From assembly GCA_965243025.1 (NCBI GenBank), contig CBDETY010000003.1, positions 4,512,001 to 4,576,000 on the forward strand: a stretch of DNA of 64,000 nt, read 5' to 3'. Both the position numbers and the translations under genes were made by a program. Shown in pieces: positions 29,147 through 40,923 of this stretch (position 1 is its first letter; the number at the start of each line of letters is the position of its first letter). The notes under the pieces were generated by a model that was given only the letters and a program-made list of their open reading frames with translations, had not been told where the DNA came from and did no database searches. The stretch comes from Candidatus Latescibacterota bacterium. Lineage in GTDB: Bacteria; Latescibacterota; UBA2968; UBA8231.

Positions 29147-29292
29147 GACAGGAGCCCCGGCCCCTGCGGCCCGAATCCCCAGCGAATCGACCCATTCGCG
29201 CCACTTGTCCCCGGCGGCCATGACCCGCCAGTCCGGCGGGGCAATTTCAGCAGCGGGCTCATGGAACGGTTTTCACCCTCACATCCCGCCCT
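29147..29292 (-). ncRNA. Degenerate cobalamin-riboswitch-like leader
   Basis: Minus strand GGGAtgtgaGGGTGAAAACC...GAGCCCGCTGCTGAAA, and 3' GGCCGGGGCTCCTGTC versus consensus AGCCAGGAGACCTGCC; lies upstream of the BtuB-like gene. Confidence 0.35.
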
Positions 29293-29343
29293 ATATAATA
29301 GCCCGAAAAACAGCCCGATATAATCACCCGATCCCCGTATATT
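29292..29343. promoter_or_regulatory. Divergent promoter region with repeated -10-like boxes
   Basis: TATAAT 29294-29299 and 29319-29324 (gcccNATATAAT repeat, 25 bp apart) and TATATT 29338-29343. Confidence 0.5.
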
Positions 29344-29420
29344 CCATCGGGGCTGCGTTTCCCCCATGGCGACGCCCCTTGTTCGAAACCCCGGCAACCC
29401 ACCGACCCGGAGAAACAGCC

Positions 29421-30698
29421 TTGTCAACCAGCAAATCAGCGGTCCCCGCCTTGTGGGCCGCCCTTCTCATCGGCGCCTTCCCCGCGGACGCAGCCGAGTG
29501 GCCGCAGTGGCTCGGCCCGATGCGCAACGGCATCTCCAGCGAGGAGAACCTCCTGCTCGAATGGCCCGACTCCGGGCCGGAGGTGGTCTGGCGGAAACCT
29601 CTCGGCCGCGGGTTCTCCGCGGTCTCGGCGGCCGGGGGACGCCTGTTCACGATGTACGCCGACTCCCTCGGGGAGTTCGCCGTCTGCCTCGAGGCGGCCA
29701 GCGGCGATGAGCTGTGGCGGGTGCGCACCGGGAAATACTACGTCGAGACGCAGGGAGGCGACGGCCCGCGCTCGACTCCGACCGTCGACGGGGAGACCGT
29801 CTACGTCCTCGGGGCCGAGGGAGGGCTGTTCGCGCTGAAAGCGGAAAACGGAGAGGTGATCTGGAAGAAGGACCTGGTCGCCGAGTTCGGCAGCCAGGTT
29901 CCAAGGTGGGGGTTCAGCACCTCCCCGCTCGTCGAAGGGGAGCTGCTGCTGGTCGAAGCCGGCGGCGCCGAGGGCAACTTTCTCGTCGACATGGTGATCG
30001 ACCGCACCGCGCCTGCCACCGCAGTCGCCCTCGACCGGAGGACGGGGCAAACGGTCTGGACCGCCCTCGACGACAAGATGAGCTACTCGTCGCCGATCGC
30101 CTACACGGTGGACGGGATGCGCCAGGTCGCCTTCATCAACGCCTATGCGCTGGTCGGGCTGTCCGCGGACAAGGGGGAGGAGCGGTGGCGCCTCCCCTGG
30201 AAGACCCGCTATGACGTCAGCGCCGCCACCCCCGTCTTCATTCCGCCCGACCGGATCTTCATCTCCTCCGGCGACAAGGGGGCGGTCCTGCGCGTCGGCG
30301 GGGAGGGGGTCGAGGAGGTCTGGAGGAGCGGCGAGATGCAGAACCACTTCGGCACCTCCATCTACCACGAGGGACACTTGTACGGTTTCGACAAATCGAT
30401 TCTGAAGTGCATCGACGCGGCCGGGGGGACGACGCGGTGGCAGGCGCGCGGGTACGCAAAGGGCACCCTGATCCTCGCCGCCGGACACCTCATCCTCCTC
30501 GGCGAGCAGGGGAACCTCGGCCTCGCCGTGGCCACCCCGGAGCGTTTCGTCGAAAAGGCCAACGTCGAGCTGATGAAGGGGCGCTGCTGGACGGTGCCCT
30601 CCCTGGCGGACGGCAGACTCTACGTGCGCGACGAAAGCGAGATCGCCGCCGTCGACCTGCGGCCCCCCGAGGCCCCGCAGGCCGAGCAGACCAACTGA
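29421..30698 (+). CDS. PQQ-like beta-propeller repeat protein (secreted)
   Basis: AAEWPQWLGPMRNG, GPRSTPTV, YSSP, WTVPSLADGRLYVR; TTG start after GGAGA. Confidence 0.85.
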   Translation: MSTSKSAVPALWAALLIGAFPADAAEWPQWLGPMRNGISSEENLLLEWPDSGPEVVWRKPLGRGFSAVSAAGGRLFTMYADSLGEFAVCLEAASGDELWRVRTGKYYVETQGGDGPRSTPTVDGETVYVLGAEGGLFALKAENGEVIWKKDLVAEFGSQVPRWGFSTSPLVEGELLLVEAGGAEGNFLVDMVIDRTAPATAVALDRRTGQTVWTALDDKMSYSSPIAYTVDGMRQVAFINAYALVGLSADKGEERWRLPWKTRYDVSAATPVFIPPDRIFISSGDKGAVLRVGGEGVEEVWRSGEMQNHFGTSIYHEGHLYGFDKSILKCIDAAGGTTRWQARGYAKGTLILAAGHLILLGEQGNLGLAVATPERFVEKANVELMKGRCWTVPSLADGRLYVRDESEIAAVDLRPPEAPQAEQTN

Positions 30699-30727
30699 GA
30701 CCGGATCGGATTCGAAGGAGGCTTCGC

Positions 30728-31588
30728 GTGGCCAGACTCGTGCTGGCGACCTGCCAGTTCCACGTCCACAAGCAGCCCGGGCGGAACCTGCGCTCGGCGA
30801 TCGCCCAGACAGAGGCCGCCAAAGCCCGGGGCGCCCACCTCGTGCATTTCTCCGAAGCCTGCCTTTCCGGCTACCTCGGGGTAGAGGTCGACTCCCACGA
30901 CCGCGGCGACTGGGACCGCATCGCCGCGGCGATGGAGGAGGTGATGGCCGCGGCGAGGCGGCACCGGGTCTGGATCGTCGTCGGCTGCAACCACCGCCTC
31001 AGCGGCAGGCACAGGCCGCACAACTCCCTCTACGTCATCGACGGCCGCGGCCGGCTCGTCACCCGCTACGACAAGATGTTCTGCACCGGCGGCAGCGCGA
31101 AGGAAGGGGACCTCGCCCGCTACAGCCCGGGGGAGGCGCTGGTCACCTTCAGGGTGCGCGGCCTCACCTGCGGACTGCTGATCTGCCACGACTTCCGCTA
31201 CCCGGAGCTCTTCCGCGAGTACAAGCGGAAAGGGGTCGACCTGATGCTGGTCTCCTTCCACAACGCCGGCATGACACAGGAGAGCTGCGAAAAGTACAAG
31301 GTCACCGTTCCGGCGACCCTCCAGGCCGCCGCGGCGAGCAACTACTTCGCGGTCAGCGCCAACAACGGCACCCGGCGCCACGCCTGGCCGAGCTTCGTCG
31401 TCAACGCCGAAGGCATGATCGTCAGCAAGGCGCGGGCCCACCGGCCGGCGGTGCTGATCACGGAGATCGACACCCGCCAGAAGCTGTACGACGCCTCCGC
31501 CGACTGGCGGGACCGCTGCATGCGGGGGGTGCTGCACAGCGGCAGGCTGGTCAGGGACGCCCGTTCCCGCAACCGCGCGGCGCTGTAG
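30728..31588 (+). CDS. Carbon-nitrogen hydrolase (nitrilase superfamily)
   Basis: E-K-C triad: FSEACLSGY, YDKM, ICHDFRYPE; AGGAGG RBS before GTG. Confidence 0.9.
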   Translation: MARLVLATCQFHVHKQPGRNLRSAIAQTEAAKARGAHLVHFSEACLSGYLGVEVDSHDRGDWDRIAAAMEEVMAAARRHRVWIVVGCNHRLSGRHRPHNSLYVIDGRGRLVTRYDKMFCTGGSAKEGDLARYSPGEALVTFRVRGLTCGLLICHDFRYPELFREYKRKGVDLMLVSFHNAGMTQESCEKYKVTVPATLQAAAASNYFAVSANNGTRRHAWPSFVVNAEGMIVSKARAHRPAVLITEIDTRQKLYDASADWRDRCMRGVLHSGRLVRDARSRNRAAL

Positions 31589-31758
31589 TGCCGGCGCGCG
31601 CAATACCGGGCGAATCCGGCCGCCGACGGATCCCGCCTGCATCCGGCCGCCTTCGCACTCGCATCGGGGCGCCGGCCGGACGCCGCTCCGAAGCCCGGGG
31701 AGCGGGAGGAAGAGGCCCCTGTTTTTCTCACCGGGACCTGCGCGGGAAGGCACTGGCA

Positions 31759-33036
31759 ATGCGGGTGCCGTTCCTGGCAGCCTGCCTGGCCGCCGCGGCC
31801 CTCCTCGCCCCGGGGTGCGGGCCCGGGACCGCTCCCCGGCCGGGAGAGCCGGCGCAGATCCTCCTCTGGGAGTTCGGCGGCGTGCCCGGCAGCCGCGACT
31901 GGGTGCGGGACGCGGTCGCCCGCTTCAACGCCGGCCACGACGACATCGAGGTCACCCTGGAGTTCCGCGACTGGGCGACGCAGCGCGAGAGCCTGATCAG
32001 CGCCGTCGTCGTCGGGGAGGGCCCCGATCTCATCCGCGTGCACCACAAGTACTCGGTCGAGTTCGGGGCCAACGGCAGCCTCTACCCGCTGGAAAGCTTT
32101 GCCGATTTCCCGGAAGTGCGGGAGCGCATCCTCGAAACAGGCTGGGAACACGTCGCTCACGAGGGCAGGCACTACGGCATCCCGGAGCTGATCCTGCCCT
32201 TCGTGATGGGGGTCAACAAGGCGATCCTGCGGGAGCATGAGATCGAGGTCCCCCGCACCTGGGAAGAGATGCTGGCGATCGCCCCGAAGCTCAAGGAGCG
32301 CGGCATCCACGTCTTCACCATGCCAGGCGGACTCAACCAGGACACCGCCTACATCTTTCTGCCGTTCCTGTACGCCGCCGGGGGCCGCGTCCTCGACGGG
32401 GAGATGCCGAGGGCCGCCTTCGACGGACCCGCGGGAGTGGCCGCCCTCCGCTTCCTGGTCGGCATGCACAGGCAGGGTTTCATGCCGGAGGCGGTGGCGG
32501 CGTACGCCTACCAGGAGAGCGCCGCCCACTGGAGCACCGGCGCGGCCGCCTTCTCGGTGGAGGGCCCGTGGTTTCAGAACATGGTCGTCGAGAACTACGG
32601 GTTCGACCTCGATGACCTCGGACTGGCCCCCCTGCCCGGACCGGCCGAGCCGCCGGGGCCGCACCCGCCGCGAACCGCAATCGACGTGGTCATGGTGTCG
32701 ATCATGTCCTACACCGAGGCCCCGGAAGCGGCGTGGACCGCGGCCAAGGCGCTGCGGGTCGACGATCCGGTCTGGCTGCAGCCGAGCTCGGCGATGGGCG
32801 GGTTCCCGGCGCTGAAAGCGGCCTACGCCCCCGGGGTGGAGTCGGACTTCATCGACCACCACGTGATGGCCGAGGCGGGCCGGCGGGGCCTGGGGTGGCC
32901 CGGCCATCCGGCGGTAACGGAGATCCAGAACCACCTGGCCAGCGCCGTGAACAAGGCCTTCACCGGAACCCTGAGCCCGCGCCGGGCCCTGGAGGAGGCC
33001 GCGGCCGACGTCAACGCCATTCTGGCCGACCGCTGA
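31759..33036 (+). CDS. Sugar-type ABC extracellular solute-binding lipoprotein
   Basis: Lipobox-like APGC; GEGPDL, GRHYGIP, PRTWEEM. Confidence 0.85.
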   Translation: MRVPFLAACLAAAALLAPGCGPGTAPRPGEPAQILLWEFGGVPGSRDWVRDAVARFNAGHDDIEVTLEFRDWATQRESLISAVVVGEGPDLIRVHHKYSVEFGANGSLYPLESFADFPEVRERILETGWEHVAHEGRHYGIPELILPFVMGVNKAILREHEIEVPRTWEEMLAIAPKLKERGIHVFTMPGGLNQDTAYIFLPFLYAAGGRVLDGEMPRAAFDGPAGVAALRFLVGMHRQGFMPEAVAAYAYQESAAHWSTGAAAFSVEGPWFQNMVVENYGFDLDDLGLAPLPGPAEPPGPHPPRTAIDVVMVSIMSYTEAPEAAWTAAKALRVDDPVWLQPSSAMGGFPALKAAYAPGVESDFIDHHVMAEAGRRGLGWPGHPAVTEIQNHLASAVNKAFTGTLSPRRALEEAAADVNAILADR

Positions 33037-33051
33037 TCCGGCATCAGGTTA

Positions 33052-33081
33052 TTGCCATATATATGGGTCTATAATTATTGT
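33052..33081 (+). promoter_or_regulatory. vapBC promoter with palindromic operator
   Basis: TTGCCA-N18-TATTGT; perfect palindrome CCATATATATGG at 33055-33066. Confidence 0.55.
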
Positions 33082-33088
33082 CGTATGT

Positions 33089-33334
33089 ATGAAAACGACC
33101 ATAGATATTGCCGACAGTCTGCTGACTGAGGCCAAACTCCTTGCCGCACAGCAGGAAACTACTGTCCGCGCCCTCGTGGAAGAGGGACTGCGCCACGTTC
33201 TGGAGAAACGGAACCGCAGCGGGGGCTTTGCGCTGCGCCCGGTTACCTTCCGGGGAAACGGGGTGAGGCCCGAGGTCCGGGAGGGCTCCTGGGAGCGGAT
33301 CCGGGACTTGATCTACGAAAGCCGCGGAGCGTGA
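33089..33334 (+). CDS. vapB: VapB-type RHH antitoxin
   Basis: MKTTIDIADSLL...LVEEGLR; GTGA overlap with PIN gene. Confidence 0.85.
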   Translation: MKTTIDIADSLLTEAKLLAAQQETTVRALVEEGLRHVLEKRNRSGGFALRPVTFRGNGVRPEVREGSWERIRDLIYESRGA

Positions 33335-33780
33335 ACGCGGTAGACACCAACCTCCTGGTGTACGCGCACCGGGAAGAGTGCCAGTGGCACCCTCAGGCAC
33401 GCGATTGCCTGGCGAACCTGGCCGCATCTCCAGCTCCCTGGGCGATCCCCTGGCCATGTGTGCAGGAGTTCCTCGCCATCGCAACCCATCCGCGGATATA
33501 CGACCCGCCCACCCCGACCGCCATCGCCCTCGATCAAGTCGAGGCATGGCTCGAGACCCCGAATCTCGTGCTGCTTGCCGAGTCGCCCGGGTACGGGGCC
33601 AAACTTCACCGCCTGATCGAGACCGGGCGGATCGCGGGGCCCATGGTGCACGACGCGCGGGTGGCGGCTCTCTGCCTCCACCACGGCGTCGAGACCCTCT
33701 TTACCGCCGACCGCGACTTCAGCCGTTTTCCCGGACTCAGGGTGCGCAACCCGTTGCCCGACCCGCTGCCGGACGCCTGA
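33331..33780 (+). CDS. vapC: VapC PIN-domain toxin
   Basis: VDTNLLVYA, QEF, HDARVAA, TADRDF acidic PIN residues. Confidence 0.9.
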   Translation: MNAVDTNLLVYAHREECQWHPQARDCLANLAASPAPWAIPWPCVQEFLAIATHPRIYDPPTPTAIALDQVEAWLETPNLVLLAESPGYGAKLHRLIETGRIAGPMVHDARVAALCLHHGVETLFTADRDFSRFPGLRVRNPLPDPLPDA

Positions 33781-33845
33781 GAGGTTTTGCTGCCCGGCCA
33801 CGTGCCTCACCGGGGATGAAAACCCCCTCCCAGGAGATCCAGATC

Positions 33846-34652
33846 ATGCCCGCCCCAACCCCGATGGAGGAGTTCTTCTTCGACCTGCGCGGGTACTGCA
33901 TCCTGCCCGAAGCGCTCGACCCCGATCACCTGAAGGAGCTCAACGACCGGGCCGACGGCCTGCCGGAGCTGGAGAACGGCGAATGGCTCGGCAACATGGA
34001 AGCCCACACCTACGGCAGCATCGACGGCTTCAACCTGCAGAACATCATCGAGGCGGGTGAGCCGTTCGAGCGCCTGATCGACCACCCGGCCTGGATCGAC
34101 CTGGTGCGCCACTACCTCGGGGAACACGGCCGCCCGTTCATCAACGAGTGCTTCCTCAACCTGCGCGGAAAGGGCGGTTACATCGGGGTGCACTCCGGGG
34201 GCTGGAAGCTCGGTGACGGGCGCGTGCGCAGCGGCGTCGACGGCGGCAGGTGGTGCATCCAGTACATGTCCCTGATCGCCGCCCTCGACGACATCGGTCC
34301 CGGCGACGGCGCCACCGTCATCATCCCCGGAAGCCACAAGTCGGCGTTCCGGCACCCGCATCAGTCATCGGGGACCAACATCACCCCCGTTCCCGGGGAG
34401 GAAATCGAAGGGACCGTGGAGATGCATCTGAAGGCCGGGGACGCGCTGCTGATCAACGACATGCTCATTCACGGCTCGGCGGCGCGCAGCAACGAGGGCC
34501 GGCGCCGGTCCCTGGTGTTCCGCTACCTGCCGAGCCTCTACGCCCACCGCTTCGGGTACGAGCCGTCGCCGGAGCTGCTGGGGCGGCTGACCCCGGAGCG
34601 GCGCGAGATCGTGCAGCCGCTTGTGCCCCACCGTCCCCCGAAGCGGAGCTGA
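33846..34652 (+). CDS. PhyH-fold Fe(II)/2OG enzyme with HxG site
   Basis: FFFDLRGY, GVHSG, IIPGSHK, IHGS, RRSLVFRY. Confidence 0.85.
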   Translation: MPAPTPMEEFFFDLRGYCILPEALDPDHLKELNDRADGLPELENGEWLGNMEAHTYGSIDGFNLQNIIEAGEPFERLIDHPAWIDLVRHYLGEHGRPFINECFLNLRGKGGYIGVHSGGWKLGDGRVRSGVDGGRWCIQYMSLIAALDDIGPGDGATVIIPGSHKSAFRHPHQSSGTNITPVPGEEIEGTVEMHLKAGDALLINDMLIHGSAARSNEGRRRSLVFRYLPSLYAHRFGYEPSPELLGRLTPERREIVQPLVPHRPPKRS

Positions 34653-34662
34653 AGAGCCGGGC

Positions 34663-35676
34663 ATGAGCTTCCTCTACCTCTCCCTCGCCGGCGAGGAGCA
34701 GCTCGCCTGCTACCGCGTCGACGGGGAAACCGGGGACCTCGAGCACCTGCGCAACCAGCCGGTCCCCGGGGCGCCGAGCGCCCAGGGGCGCCACTGCCGC
34801 CTACCGGTTCTCTACGCCGCCATGCGCTCGAACGGGCGGCTGGTCAGCTTCCGCATCGACGCGGCCAGCGGCCGGCTCGCCCATCTCCACACCATCGACA
34901 CCGGGCTCGAGGACCCGGGCTACCTGCTTACCGACCGCAGCGGGCGCTGGCTCCTGACCCCCTACTACGTCTCGGGCAAGATCACCGTCTACCCGGTCGG
35001 CGAGGACGGGGCGGCGCGCGAGCCCCCTTCCTGCGTCGCCGACACCGCCCTGCACGCCCACGGGCTGGCGTTGGACCCGGCGAACCGGTTCCTCTTCGTC
35101 CCCCACACCTGCCCCGGCAACGCGGTCTTTCAGCTGCGGTTCGCCGGCGGGACGCTCGAGGCCAACGACCCTCCCAAGGTGACGGCAGGGGCGCAGCTGG
35201 GGCCGCGGCACGTCCACTTCCACCCCAACGGGCGCTGGCTCTACGCCGGCAACGAGCAGGGCAACAGCGTCACCCAGTACCGCTTCGACGAAGACGGCGG
35301 CACCCTGAGTCCGCTGCGCACGACGACGACGCTGCCGCCCGGTTTCAGCGGCGGCGCCACCGCCCGCATGCTGATTCACCCGGGCGGCCGCTTCCTTTAC
35401 GCCGCCAACAGGGGCCACGACAGCATCGCCTGCTTCGGGGTTTCGGATGCCACGGGGGAGCTGGAGCCGCGCGGGCACGCGGCGACGCCGGAGACGCCCC
35501 GCTCCTTCGACATCGAGCCGGGGGGGCGCTTCCTGTACGCGGCGGGGGAGAGCGCCGACCGGCTGGCGCAGTACCGCATCGACGGGGACGCGGGAACCCT
35601 GAAGCCGGTCCGGTCGTATGAAACAGGGAGGATTCCCTGGTGGGTTCAGGTCGTCGACCCGGGAACGGGTTTGTGA
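34663..35676 (+). CDS. Lactonase, 6-phosphogluconolactonase (Pgl/YbhE) beta-propeller family
   Basis: GPRHVHFHPNG, YAANRGHDSI, TPRSF. Confidence 0.85.
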   Translation: MSFLYLSLAGEEQLACYRVDGETGDLEHLRNQPVPGAPSAQGRHCRLPVLYAAMRSNGRLVSFRIDAASGRLAHLHTIDTGLEDPGYLLTDRSGRWLLTPYYVSGKITVYPVGEDGAAREPPSCVADTALHAHGLALDPANRFLFVPHTCPGNAVFQLRFAGGTLEANDPPKVTAGAQLGPRHVHFHPNGRWLYAGNEQGNSVTQYRFDEDGGTLSPLRTTTTLPPGFSGGATARMLIHPGGRFLYAANRGHDSIACFGVSDATGELEPRGHAATPETPRSFDIEPGGRFLYAAGESADRLAQYRIDGDAGTLKPVRSYETGRIPWWVQVVDPGTGL

Positions 35677-35731
35677 TGAGGGCGGCTGCCAGCCCTGGCC
35701 CTCCTGCCTCTTCCCGACGGGGAGCTGGTTT

Positions 35732-36034
35732 TCAGCCGAGCGCACGCACGACCGCTTCGGGGTCGCGTTCGATGACAGTCAGCAGAACGCGGGCGGCGCG
35801 GTCCGGTACGCGACGGCCCTGCTCCCAATCCTGCACGGCGCGTGCATCGAGACCGAAACGGTCCGCAAACTTCTTCCGACTCAACCTCATTCGCTGCCGC
35901 AATGCGAGAATCCGTTCCGCCGCGGGATCGTCTACTATGCGGCAGGGCAGGTCCACTTCCCCGCGAACATGGGAGAGCACCTCCTCCAGGGCAGCTTCGA
36001 TCTCCTGACCTGTCCGGGTTCGTTCCGTCGTCAT
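35732..36034 (-). CDS. HigA-like Cro/C1 HTH antitoxin
   Basis: LRQRMRLSRKKFA...VQDWEQGRRVPDRAARVLLTVI. Confidence 0.85.
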   Translation of the reverse strand: MTTERTRTGQEIEAALEEVLSHVRGEVDLPCRIVDDPAAERILALRQRMRLSRKKFADRFGLDARAVQDWEQGRRVPDRAARVLLTVIERDPEAVVRALG

Positions 36035-36168
36035 CAGTTTGACTCCTTCTTGATCGCAGCCACGAGCCGGGAAAAGGCCCTCCGGTCTGCTGCAGTCAGA
36101 TCCTCTCGCTCCGCTTTGGCATATGCTGCCAACATGTAGATTTCCCCGGGGCCGGCGTGATGAAAATA
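36034..36168 (-). pseudogene. Truncated RelE/HigB-like toxin (C-terminal 44 residues)
   Basis: YFHHAGPGEIYMLAAYAKAEREDLTAADRRAFSRLVAAIKKESN*, TGATG overlap with the antitoxin; N-terminal half absent. Confidence 0.65.
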
Positions 36169-36208
36169 CGCCCGGCCATCGGGCTTTCCCCGGTCAAAGG
36201 ACCGGACC

Positions 36209-38995
<2,787 letters not shown>

Positions 38996-39178
38996 GATCG
39001 TGACTTTTCGGAAGTGCTCCTGGAATGGAGTTATTTGATTTTTTCCGCTGCGTCCCGGCAGTTGCGCACCTCGACCCGGCCCCGGCTGCCTGCACCGGAC
39101 CCGCAAGCCGCCGGAAGAACCGGACCGGTTGGCTTCACCGATTCCGGCGGATACCCCGGAGCGGCCGGCATTTCTGCT

Positions 39179-40354
39179 TCAGCCCCGGTTCGCCGGGCGC
39201 TCCTCGTGCTCTCCCCAGGGGCCGGGGATCCACGGGAACTTCGCCTCGAGGTCCGCGGCCAGCTCGACGCCCCAACCCGGTCCCGCCGGCAGGGTGAACC
39301 AGCCGTCGGCTACCGGATTCTCCTCGATGATCCCCCACTGCAGCGGACCCTGCCCTGTGAACTGCTCGAGCACGTGCTCCTCGGGAAGGGCGGCGAGCAG
39401 GTGGGCGTTGGCGACGGTCAGCAGGCCGTTGTGCCAGTTCTGGGTGAAGACGGGGATGCCGAACTCCCGGCCCCTGCGGCAGATGCGCAGGGCCTCCCTC
39501 AGGGTGCAGACCCCGACGTCGAGCTGCCCCTTCGCGTAGGCCCCCTTCTCGAAGAACGGCTCGAAGTCGGCGAGCCGGGTGTTCGATTCCCCTCCCGTGA
39601 CCGGGATCGACAGCGCCCGGTTGAGGCGCGCGTACCCGTCGACCTCCTCCTTGGGCAGCGGCTCCTCGAACCAGGTCCAGCCGCGGCCGTCGAGCCAGCG
39701 CCCGATCCGCAGGGCCTGCTCCTCGTCGAGGCGGGAGTTCCCCTCCAGCATCAGCTCCATGCGGCTGCCGACCGCATCGGTGACCGCCTGGGCGAGCTCG
39801 AGGAAGCGCTCGACCGTCACCCCGGACCAGCTCCACGCCGTGCCCAGCCGCATCTTGCAGGCGGTGTAGCCGCGGCCGGCGAGGGAGACGGCCTCGTCGA
39901 TGACCGACTCCGGGTTGTCGTCCCAGTCGTACTGGACCCCGGCCGAGGCGTAGAGACGCAGGCGCTCGCGCGGCCGCGCCGGGGAGCCGGGAAGCTCGTC
40001 GAGGATGAGGTCGGCGACCCGTTTGCCGGCGATCTTGCCGCGGATGTCCCACAGGGCCAGCTCGATGCCGGCGTTGCAGATGTCCCCGAGCCGGTCGCCG
40101 GTGTTCTCCGGCACCAGGCCGGGATCCTCCGGGTCCTCGCCGATCAGCTCGTGCTTCAGCGCCTCGGCGCGCTCCCTCAGGGCGGGGGGACAGCCGTAGG
40201 TCGAAGGTTCGCTTATACCCTGGATGCCGCCGTCGGTCTCGATGACGACGATGGGGCAGTCCGCCTTGAAGACGCGGAACTCGCTGCTGAACCAGACGAG
40301 GTCGGGTTCGTGCCTGCGGCTCAGGCAGAGGGTGCGCACGTCGGTGATTTTCAA
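39179..40354 (-). CDS. Mandelate racemase/muconate lactonizing enzyme (enolase superfamily)
   Basis: MKITDV, IELALWDIRGK, LRLYAS, WFEEP, TGGES, PGWGVE. Confidence 0.9.
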   Translation of the reverse strand: MKITDVRTLCLSRRHEPDLVWFSSEFRVFKADCPIVVIETDGGIQGISEPSTYGCPPALRERAEALKHELIGEDPEDPGLVPENTGDRLGDICNAGIELALWDIRGKIAGKRVADLILDELPGSPARPRERLRLYASAGVQYDWDDNPESVIDEAVSLAGRGYTACKMRLGTAWSWSGVTVERFLELAQAVTDAVGSRMELMLEGNSRLDEEQALRIGRWLDGRGWTWFEEPLPKEEVDGYARLNRALSIPVTGGESNTRLADFEPFFEKGAYAKGQLDVGVCTLREALRICRRGREFGIPVFTQNWHNGLLTVANAHLLAALPEEHVLEQFTGQGPLQWGIIEENPVADGWFTLPAGPGWGVELAADLEAKFPWIPGPWGEHEERPANRG

Positions 40355-40515
40355 TTCACGAGCTCCTTGCGTTGACTGGCCGGTAGTGGCTGCTCCTCTA
40401 CGTTATCCGAAAAGCCTCTTAAGGAAGCCCATTGATTAGGGATGTACATTGCTCCAGGCGAATACCAGATTTAGATTGAACACGCGCGTCTGTCTTTACA
40501 AGCGAAAGCAGATTC

Positions 40516-40728
40516 ATGACGAACTGGTTACCAGTCATTACCGTCGGGATTGCCTTGATGGGAGTGATGATCGCGGTCTGGCGCGACCTGCGTACCGACA
40601 TGCGGGCAGATATGCGCCAGATAGAGACGCGCCTGTCTGATGTGGAAAAGGAACAAGCCGAGGTCAAAGGCCTGTTACAGGGCCTGCGGGAATCGATCTT
40701 CCGTCAGGCCGTCCCGGAGCGAGACTAG
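40516..40728 (+). CDS. Small single-TM coiled-coil protein
   Basis: Hydrophobic N-terminus then heptad-like LRTDMRADMRQIETRL...VKGLLQGLRE; AT-richer context. Confidence 0.6.
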   Translation: MTNWLPVITVGIALMGVMIAVWRDLRTDMRADMRQIETRLSDVEKEQAEVKGLLQGLRESIFRQAVPERD

Positions 40729-40758
40729 ACAAAAAAGCATTGCAGAGACATTCATAAG

Positions 40759-40785
40759 AGTGGGGGCGACGCCTGCGTCGCCCCT
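40759..40785. repeat. REP-like palindrome
   Basis: GTGG followed by hairpin GGGGCGACGC-ct-GCGTCGCCCC. Confidence 0.45.
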
Positions 40786-40869
40786 TCCGTTGGGGGTGGC
40801 CGGTTTTCCGGCCTGAGATCACAAACCCTTGGAACCTGACCTGGATCATGCCAGCGTAGGGAAAACGGA
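40786..40869 (+). ncRNA. TPP (thiamine pyrophosphate) riboswitch
   Basis: GGGGTG...CTGAGA...ACCCTTGGAACCTGACCTGGATCATGCCAGCGTAGGGAA; P1 TCCGTT/AACGGA. Confidence 0.93.
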
Positions 40870-40880
40870 CGAGCGCCCGC

Positions 40881-40919
40881 AAAAGCCGTTTTCCCCGTAC
40901 CTGGAGAAAGCGGTTTTTT
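40881..40919 (+). terminator. Riboswitch expression platform (terminator / RBS-sequester hairpin)
   Basis: AAAAGCCGTTTTCC...GGAGAAAGCGGTTTTTT covers the GGAG RBS; CCGTTTTCCC can alternatively pair with aptamer 3' GGGAAAACGG. Confidence 0.7.
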
Positions 40920-40923
40920 CATT

